Source: a virus (Duplodnaviria > Caudoviricetes). From it: a DNA stretch of 29,759 nt. The stretch spans positions 1-29,759 of the IMG/VR virus record IMGVR_UViG_3300032212_000708. The stretch is one strand, 5' to 3'. Under the pieces are notes generated by a model. It had not been told where the DNA came from. It ran no database searches and saw only the letters and a list, made by a program, of their open reading frames with translations. The number at the start of each line of letters is the position of its first letter. Within the stretch, counting starts at the first letter, position 1. Shown piece by piece: positions 24,048-29,759 of this stretch. The translations under genes were made by a program, and so were the position numbers.

Positions 24048-24271
24048 TGGCCAAATTCAGAGTCTGCCTTTGGGAAAAGGTGAAATACGTGACGATTGTC
24101 GACGCAAAGGACGAAGACGAGGCTTGCGAGGCCGCGAAGGAGATCTGGGCTGACTCAGCGACCAATCCTGCGACGGGCGAGTTAGACGGGTTTGAAGAGA
24201 CTGGCGAAGGTATCTTTGCCAGCGACGCTTGGCTTGCAGACGAAGATGCGTCTCAAGAGGAACTGATCTGA
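24047..24271 (+). CDS. Small acidic protein, DpnD/PcfM-like pattern
   Basis: Start 24047 with GGAGG RBS; MAKFRVCLWEKVKYVTIVDAKDEDEACEAA; 74 aa. Confidence 0.65.
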   Translation: MAKFRVCLWEKVKYVTIVDAKDEDEACEAAKEIWADSATNPATGELDGFEETGEGIFASDAWLADEDASQEELI

Positions 24272-24537
24272 TGCCAGCCCTCGACCCCACCGCCGCGCGG
24301 ATCGACCGGACCTTGCAGCGGATCGCCGGCAGCCTGTCATCCGGCCCGGCCCTGATGCCCTTCGCCGCCGCCCGCACGCTGCACCAGCAGCTGCTGGACA
24401 CGCACGAGGCGGAACACATCCACCGCCACGGCGCGCGGCAGTTCGTCATGCACGGCATCGCCGTCGCCTCCGAAGGCCTGCCTTACGCCGATCTGATGAA
24501 CTGGCACTCCGCCGGGCGCGTGGCGCTGAATGGCTGA
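24271..24537 (+). CDS. Hypothetical protein
   Basis: Start 24271 (TGATG overlap), 88 aa, high GC3. Confidence 0.65.
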   Translation: MPALDPTAARIDRTLQRIAGSLSSGPALMPFAAARTLHQQLLDTHEAEHIHRHGARQFVMHGIAVASEGLPYADLMNWHSAGRVALNG

Positions 24538-25627
24538 TACGACACATATCGAATGGACCGACGCGACCTGGAACCCGATTACCGGCTGTACCCTGGTCTC
24601 GCCCGGCTGTGACAACTGCTACGCCGCCGACCTGGCCGCAACCCGGCTGAAGAACCACCCCAGCCGCGCAGGCCTGACCCGCCGCAACGCCGCCGGCGTC
24701 GCGAAATTCACCGGCGAGGTTCGGTTTAACGAAAACTGGCTGACCCAGCCGCTGCACTGGCGCAAGCCGCGCATGGTCTTTGTCTGCGCCCATGGTGATC
24801 TCTTCCACCCCGATGTGCCCGACGCCTGGATCGACCGCATCTTCGCCGTCATGGCGCTCTGCCCGCAGCACACCTTCCAGGTACTGACCAAGCGGGCTGA
24901 GAGGATGCGGGAATATCTTGATCAGTTTCACAATGAGGGGTTCCGTCTAATTCACGCAATGGACCATATCGGTCGACGCACCGGTGCAATCTGGCCGCTC
25001 GCCAACGTCTGGCTTGGCGTCTCGGCCGAGGATCGGGACCATCTGCACCGGCTGGATGATCTGCGACTGACACCTGCGGCAGTCCGGTTTGCATCCTTCG
25101 AACCTCTGCTGGGCGATCTCGGCGACATATCGGACTGGCTAGAACACGGCGGCTGGCAGTGCGGCAACTGCGGCGACAGCGGCTACTGGCCGTCAGACCG
25201 GTGCTGCGACGAACCCGCATGGATCGAGATCCCCCGCGCAATCGACTGGGTCATCGCCGGCGGCGAGAGTGGACGGCGGGCGCGACCGATGCACCCCGAC
25301 TGGACACGCGGGCTCCGCGACCAATGCCAGGCAGCGCAAGTGCCGTTCTTCTTCAAGCAATGGGGCATGTGGCTGCCGTCTGATCAGGCCTGCCCCTCAT
25401 CTTTTGATGGCAGTCCGATCGACGCTATCGAGGAATGGGATTGGGGAGACGCGGACGAACGTGGTGCGCTGCACCTCTGGGACGACGGCACCACCAGCAT
25501 CCATCTGAGAAAGAACCAAGCTGGTCGCCTGCTGGACGGCTGCGAGTGGAGCGAAATGCCAGAGGTAATACCTCTCGGCGATTGCCCGCAATCGCCTGCC
25601 GGGTCGGCCAAACGGAGTTTGACCTGA
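24530..25627 (+). CDS. Phage Gp37/Gp68 family (DUF5131) radical-SAM-like protein
   Basis: IEWTDATWNPITGCTLVSPGCDNCYA, GDLFH, HTFQVLTKR, NVWLGVSAE, SFEPLLG, DWVIAGGESG, VPFFFKQWG, GRLLDG. Confidence 0.93.
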   Translation: MADTTHIEWTDATWNPITGCTLVSPGCDNCYAADLAATRLKNHPSRAGLTRRNAAGVAKFTGEVRFNENWLTQPLHWRKPRMVFVCAHGDLFHPDVPDAWIDRIFAVMALCPQHTFQVLTKRAERMREYLDQFHNEGFRLIHAMDHIGRRTGAIWPLANVWLGVSAEDRDHLHRLDDLRLTPAAVRFASFEPLLGDLGDISDWLEHGGWQCGNCGDSGYWPSDRCCDEPAWIEIPRAIDWVIAGGESGRRARPMHPDWTRGLRDQCQAAQVPFFFKQWGMWLPSDQACPSSFDGSPIDAIEEWDWGDADERGALHLWDDGTTSIHLRKNQAGRLLDGCEWSEMPEVIPLGDCPQSPAGSAKRSLT

Positions 25628-25628
25628 T

Positions 25629-25853
25629 ATGGCTGACCAACACTGTGTCAACTTCGACGAACTGAACTGCCCCGCATGCGACGACCAGCCCATGATGGAT
25701 GTTGTCAGGACGGACACCGAAGAATTTACCGATGGCATCGTCATCGTTTGCCCCCATTGCGGTTTCCACGTCGGTGCATCGACCGGGCGCGAGGCTGAGG
25801 CAGCCGTGCGCTGCCTTTGGGACTATCTCGATCTGGAGGCATTCGATGGCTAA
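25629..25853 (+). CDS. Zinc-ribbon protein (Lar/restriction-alleviation-like pattern)
   Basis: 74 aa; CPAC...VCPHCG...EAAVRCLW. Confidence 0.55.
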   Translation: MADQHCVNFDELNCPACDDQPMMDVVRTDTEEFTDGIVIVCPHCGFHVGASTGREAEAAVRCLWDYLDLEAFDG

Positions 25854-26145
25854 GCGCGTTCAGATGACCCGCCAGCGGCCATGGCGAAAGGACCATCCCA
25901 ATGCAGTGATCGTCGCTCGCGGGCCGGGCGGTAGGTATGGCAACCCGTATCAGGGCGACGGCAAGAACCCTAACCGCGCCTACCTGGTTCAGCTCTATCG
26001 CGACTATCTCGCCCGCCCAGAAAAGGCTGACCTGGTCGCCGCGATCAAGGCCGAGTTGCGCGGCAAGGATCTCGCCTGCTGGTGTCCGTTGGATGAACCC
26101 TGTCACGCCGACGTGCTGCTGGAGATCGCAAATGCCGACAGCTAA
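25846..26145 (+). CDS. DUF4326 domain protein
   Basis: Start 25846; RGPGGRYGNPY...ELRGKDLACWCPLDEPCHADVLLEIAN. Confidence 0.88.
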   Translation: MAKRVQMTRQRPWRKDHPNAVIVARGPGGRYGNPYQGDGKNPNRAYLVQLYRDYLARPEKADLVAAIKAELRGKDLACWCPLDEPCHADVLLEIANADS

Positions 26146-26482
26146 GCCCTGCCTCGGCTATCCCAGCCGCTCCGACGCCGTCATGGCGCTGACCGAGAAC
26201 GGGCTTTCCGACCATCAGATCGCCCGCAAGACCGGCATACCTAAAAAGAACATCGGCGCACTCCGGATCTCTGCGCAGCGAAAGCGCGAAGGCCTGCCCC
26301 GCCGTGCGGCGGACGAGGATGTGCGCACCGTCCGTGTGCCGATCGAGACCCTTGATCGCCTTGCGCCGGCGGCGTCGGAACGCGGCATCGCGGTCAACGC
26401 CCTGGCCCGGTGGCTGTTGGACGAAATCGCAGAAAGCAATCTGGTCGACGCGGTTCTGGACGATGGGGTCGTAGATGCCTGA
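26132..26482 (+). CDS. DNA-binding protein, HTH plus ribbon-helix-helix-like domain
   Basis: Start 26132; GLSDHQIARKTGI (HTH) and TVRVPIETLDRLAPAASERGIAVNALARWLL (RHH-like); 116 aa. Confidence 0.7.
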   Translation: MPTAKPCLGYPSRSDAVMALTENGLSDHQIARKTGIPKKNIGALRISAQRKREGLPRRAADEDVRTVRVPIETLDRLAPAASERGIAVNALARWLLDEIAESNLVDAVLDDGVVDA

Positions 26483-26538
26483 TAGACCGCTGATTGGGGA
26501 AATGTAGAAGCTGCAACCTTGCAGTGAAGGGAGAGATC

Positions 26539-26925
26539 ATGATCCCCGTCGATCAAGAGTTCCTGCACGATCCTAGAACTGGATCGATAGGCGATTGTTT
26601 CCGCGCTTGCATCGCCTCAGTTCTTGAGGTCCCTGTTGCCGCCGTTCCTCATTTCGCGCTCCTCGGTAGTCGGTGGGGTCAGGTTGCAGACGCTTATCTT
26701 GGCGCGCTTGGGCGCGAATTGGAATGGGCGCAGGGCGAACCGCCAGACGACGTTTGGGCGATTGTCACGGTGCGGTCGCCAAGGGATGCAGACCTGAAGC
26801 ATTCGGTGATTTACCGCGGCAAGGAACTCGTCCACGACCCGCACCCCTCCCGAGCAGGCGGCGCGCCAGTTGGCGAATATTTCTACCTTTCGCCCGATCT
26901 ACCTTCTCCGCACTGTAAACTTTAA
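26539..26925 (+). CDS. Hypothetical protein with papain-like (C39-type) Cys-His-Asp pattern
   Basis: Start 26539 with GGGAG RBS; GDCFRACIASVLE...HSVIY...VHDPHP; 128 aa. Confidence 0.55.
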   Translation: MIPVDQEFLHDPRTGSIGDCFRACIASVLEVPVAAVPHFALLGSRWGQVADAYLGALGRELEWAQGEPPDDVWAIVTVRSPRDADLKHSVIYRGKELVHDPHPSRAGGAPVGEYFYLSPDLPSPHCKL

Positions 26926-26940
26926 GGAGGGCAAGATCTG

Positions 26941-27789
26941 ATGGCTGATCCTTCCCGTCCTGTCCTTCGTTGGCATGGGGGCAAATGGATTCTTGCGCCG
27001 TGGATTATCGAACATTTTCCGCCTCATAAGTGCTACGTCGAGCCTTATGGCGGTGGGGCATCCGTTCTTCTCCGCAAATCGCGTGCAAAACTAGATGTTT
27101 ACAATGATCTGGATGGTGCTGTTGTCACACTTTTTAAAGTGCTGCGCGACCGGCCGGATGAATTAATCAACCAGGTCGAATTAACACCATTCTCGCGCTT
27201 CGAGTTTGACCGGGCACAGGATTTCAATCTGCCGGCCGGGGATGAAATTGATATGTGTATGCGGCTGTTGGTCCGCTCACATATGGGGTTTTCGACTGCC
27301 GGGACTTGTGGCCGGGGCAACCGCGAAAAGACGGGATTTCGAGCGCGAGGCATTCGTGCCGGCACTACTCCTCCGGAGAATTGGCGACGTTTCCCGCCGG
27401 TACTAGCCCAGGTGGCGGAACGGATGCGCGGGGTGAATATCGAGTGCAAACCCGCGCTTGATCTGATCGAAGCGCATGATGATCCGCAAACCTTGTTCTA
27501 TCTCGATCCGCCATATCTTCCCGAGACGCGCGACGAACGGGCAGACTATAATCACGAGATGACCGCTGATGACCATCAAGCGCTTCTCGATCGGATTGTT
27601 CAGCTAAAGGGAAAGGTCGTTCTGTCAGGTTATGCGTCGAAGATGTATGATACAAATCTGCGCGAATGGTACCGGTTTGAGCGCGACACCCACGCTGAGG
27701 GTGCGCGAAAGCGGATTGAGGTACTTTTGACCAACTTTGATACTGCCGCAGCACCGCCACCAGGTGGGCTGTTTGAAAGCTGTGGTTAA
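26941..27789 (+). CDS. DNA adenine methyltransferase (Dam/D12 family)
   Basis: LRWHGGKW, YVEPYGGGASVL, YNDLDG, LFYLDPPY, VVLSGY; AAGGAGG RBS. Confidence 0.93.
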   Translation: MADPSRPVLRWHGGKWILAPWIIEHFPPHKCYVEPYGGGASVLLRKSRAKLDVYNDLDGAVVTLFKVLRDRPDELINQVELTPFSRFEFDRAQDFNLPAGDEIDMCMRLLVRSHMGFSTAGTCGRGNREKTGFRARGIRAGTTPPENWRRFPPVLAQVAERMRGVNIECKPALDLIEAHDDPQTLFYLDPPYLPETRDERADYNHEMTADDHQALLDRIVQLKGKVVLSGYASKMYDTNLREWYRFERDTHAEGARKRIEVLLTNFDTAAAPPPGGLFESCG

Positions 27790-27801
27790 CACAAGGTAGA
27801 C

Positions 27802-27852
27802 CCAAAAAACTATGAACCCACAGCGGAGTTTATAGTTTAGGGCCGAAAACTA
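27802..27852 (+). repeat. 51-bp direct repeat, copy 1
   Basis: CCAAAAAACTATGAACCCACAGCGGAGTTTATAGTTTAGGGCCGAAAACTA, identical to 28257-28307. Confidence 0.95.
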
Positions 27853-27867
27853 AGGGGGAGACGACAA

Positions 27868-28044
27868 ATGCTTGCGATAGTCGCGATATTGGGAATAGTG
27901 GCGATCCTTGCCGGGGCCTTTCTATTATACGTTGGCATCATTAAGAAGGACTTTGAGGCTGAGGATACGAAGGGCGGGCTGTTCTTGCTTCTTGTCGGTG
28001 GAACATTAGTCGTGATGGCCGTCAACAATTTCGGCACTAACTAA
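27868..28044 (+). CDS. Small two-transmembrane-helix protein (below ORF-track cutoff)
   Basis: 58 aa MLAIVAILGIVAILAGAFLLYVGIIKKDFEAEDTKGGLFLLLVGGTLVVMAVNNFGTN; AAGGGGGAG RBS; AT-richer codons than flanking genes. Confidence 0.75.
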   Translation: MLAIVAILGIVAILAGAFLLYVGIIKKDFEAEDTKGGLFLLLVGGTLVVMAVNNFGTN

Positions 28045-28058
28045 AGGGAGCAGATGAC

Positions 28059-28250
28059 ATGACTCCTTCACAATTTCGCAAGGCCAATCCGCACTTGAGC
28101 GACATCGCTCTGGCCGCAGCATATGCAGCACACATCGACCCGGATGGCGCGCGGGCAACAGACGCTTTTGAGCGGTGGGACAAGGTTCTTATGGGTGACT
28201 GCACGCCGTCATTTGTCGGCATCGATCTGGCCAAATCTATAGACGACTAA
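28059..28250 (+). CDS. Small hypothetical protein
   Basis: 63 aa, AAGGGAG RBS, ends just before repeat copy 2. Confidence 0.7.
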   Translation: MTPSQFRKANPHLSDIALAAAYAAHIDPDGARATDAFERWDKVLMGDCTPSFVGIDLAKSIDD

Positions 28251-28256
28251 AGGAGA

Positions 28257-28307
28257 CCAAAAAACTATGAACCCACAGCGGAGTTTATAGTTTAGGGCCG
28301 AAAACTA
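28257..28307 (+). repeat. 51-bp direct repeat, copy 2
   Basis: Identical to 27802-27852. Confidence 0.95.
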
Positions 28308-28313
28308 GGAAGG

Positions 28314-28446
28314 CGTGTTTCTGATCGGCGCAGCCGACACTGCGGTCACAACCGAACCTGATGCCCCGCGGTGCGCACCGATTGGCGGATAGGGTGTATT
28401 AAATGCGCAGAGACTCACTTCGGGTGCTGCGTCGATCAGAGGCACG
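28314..28446 (+). ncRNA. Candidate structured non-coding RNA
   Basis: 28314-28334 pairs with 28426-28446 over 21 bp; the three non-Watson-Crick positions are all G-U on the + strand; internal stems present. Confidence 0.5.
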
Positions 28447-28487
28447 ACAAGGGGATGGATTGTGAAGCGGAGACCGTAGGGCGCTTC

Positions 28488-29759
28488 TCACAAAGCGATT
28501 GCGTCGAGGATGCCGTACATCTTTTCCAGGCTTGCGCCCTGGCCATAGCGTTCCCGGTTCAACCTGTGCCCCATAAGGTCGCGCCTGATCCGTTCGTCAA
28601 CATCGGCGGCAAGCAGCCTGTCTTCAAAGCTGTGGCGCAGGGAATACATGACGTGTTTTTCGCCGGGCATGAGCCCGTTTTCCCGCAGATATTTGTTAAC
28701 CGTCGCTGTGGGGCCGGAGTTGTCGCGGTAGCGCGGGAACCCCTCGGGGCAGGTTTTGAACGCCTCAAGGCTGATTCCGGTGATCGGGATGATGCGCTGG
28801 GAGTGCTTGGTTTTCAGCGTCCGGTTTACCGGCCGGATTTCGATATGGGGAATGTTGGTGTCCAGATGAATATGTTCGGACAGCAGGTTGGCACCTTCGC
28901 TGGGCCGGTACCCGGTGTTGATCATGCCCAGAAGGATGCAGCGTGCCTCGGTGTTCATCCCGTCCAGCGCCCCCGGCGCCATGATCACGTCCCGGATCCA
29001 GTCATCAGGCAAAGGCGGGCGTCGGCCTTTCTCGTCTTCCCGTATGGACAGACCGGTCAGAGGCAGATTCAGGCCAAGCCGCTTCTTGTCGTTCACGGTC
29101 TTGAGGATGTTTGCCAAGGCGCTGAAATCCTTGTTCGCGGTATTCGGCGCCAGACCTTCTTTTACAATCCGGTTCCACCACCATTCGCGAAAATCGAGAG
29201 TATCGTCGGGCGAAATGTCCTGCAATGGCAGATCCCCGACAACCTCTATGAAATTTGCGACCGCCTTCTTTCGGGTATTTCGCCAGATCCGCAGTTGGTT
29301 TTCTGCTTTCCCCCTTGTGCGGTCAACAGCCAGGCTCCAGAAGATTTCCAGCGCACGGCTGACGGTGATCTCCGGCTGCCTGGCTCCGCCAAGGAAAGCC
29401 CCGGCGTCCATCATATCGGGTCGGCCCGACTTCCTCATGCCAACGGCGTCTACGCGGTCCAGCAACTGCCCCATGGGCAACCGCGCGACACGCTCGATCG
29501 GCAGGAAGCGAAACCCACGGGTCTTTGCCAGATCCCGCGCAGCCTCAAACCGCGCCTCGGCATCCGAACTGTCGCCTGCGAGTTTCGCCTCCCAAGCGCT
29601 GACCAGAGTGTTCCACACGCCCGGAAGCTTCGTGCAGGCGGTGTCGTAGCTGTCGGTCTCAAGGCTGATCCAGATCTCTTTGCGGTCCTCGATACGCTGG
29701 AAGCGGCGCGGAACGCTTCGGCGAAGGTAGTAGATTCGGTTTCGCAAAACTGGCTTCAT
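28488..29759 (-). CDS. int: Tyrosine recombinase / phage integrase with DUF6538-like N-terminus
   Basis: N-terminal YYLRRSVPRRF...EIWISLETDS; catalytic R (TGYRPSE), K (LKTKHS), YSLRH, MGH, Y (RERYG). Confidence 0.93.
   Translation of the reverse strand: MKPVLRNRIYYLRRSVPRRFQRIEDRKEIWISLETDSYDTACTKLPGVWNTLVSAWEAKLAGDSSDAEARFEAARDLAKTRGFRFLPIERVARLPMGQLLDRVDAVGMRKSGRPDMMDAGAFLGGARQPEITVSRALEIFWSLAVDRTRGKAENQLRIWRNTRKKAVANFIEVVGDLPLQDISPDDTLDFREWWWNRIVKEGLAPNTANKDFSALANILKTVNDKKRLGLNLPLTGLSIREDEKGRRPPLPDDWIRDVIMAPGALDGMNTEARCILLGMINTGYRPSEGANLLSEHIHLDTNIPHIEIRPVNRTLKTKHSQRIIPITGISLEAFKTCPEGFPRYRDNSGPTATVNKYLRENGLMPGEKHVMYSLRHSFEDRLLAADVDERIRRDLMGHRLNRERYGQGASLEKMYGILDAIAL

Larger units (their letters stand above)
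1..29759. mobile_element. Temperate podovirus-like prophage (partial; continues past the left edge, att sites not visible)
   Basis: Contiguous terS-terL-portal-scaffold-capsid-adaptor-tail module, cI/cro switch, replication initiator, early accessory genes and a terminal tyrosine integrase. No host housekeeping genes. Confidence 0.95.

Noticed and set aside
27802-28307. CRISPR mini-array, integron attC or dif site interpretation of the 51-bp repeats
   Set aside because: Only two copies with a 404-bp gene-bearing interval and no cas genes; lacks RYYYAAC/GTTRRRY ends; no match to XerC/XerD arms.
28335-28415. Resemblance to a twister ribozyme (ACACTGC, CGGTCACAACCG, AAATGCGCAGAG) or retron msr-msd
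   Set aside because: The twister UAA cleavage loop, L4 AAGC and T1 pseudoknot partner are missing, and no reverse transcriptase is in the window. Kept only as an unassigned structured RNA.

Overview
About 30 kb of a temperate podovirus-like prophage from an alphaproteobacterium, most likely Rhodobacteraceae (the GapR/DUF2312 domain and the DUF6538-type integrase point that way). Left part, - strand: the virion morphogenesis operon (terS, terL, a conserved hypothetical, P22-like portal, scaffold, a CsrA-like protein, N4-gp56-family major capsid, decoration and adaptor proteins, tail nozzle, and the start of a tail/fibre gene cut off by the window edge). Middle: a self-contained operon of small genes with its own near-consensus promoter, perfect palindromic operator and terminal HTH gene; an MT-A70 methyltransferase; a replication initiator with internal iteron-like repeats; and a divergent cro/cI switch with a shared 14-bp operator family. 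Right part, + strand: a long early operon (recombination-type proteins, HNH nuclease, RecD/Dda-like helicase, an FtsK-gamma + unknown + GapR fusion, a J-domain protein lacking HPD, Gp37/Gp68, DUF4326, Dam-type methylase). This is followed by a two-gene unit bracketed by perfect 51-bp direct repeats, a roughly 130-nt structured RNA candidate, and a convergent tyrosine integrase. The most notable items are the acr-aca-like operon (12421-14423), the FtsK-gamma/GapR fusion, the CsrA gene paired with a GGA-hairpin capsid leader, the repeat-bounded cassette and ncRNA beside the integrase, and repressor-type operators on the late promoter. All calls come from motif recognition by eye; no database searches were run.
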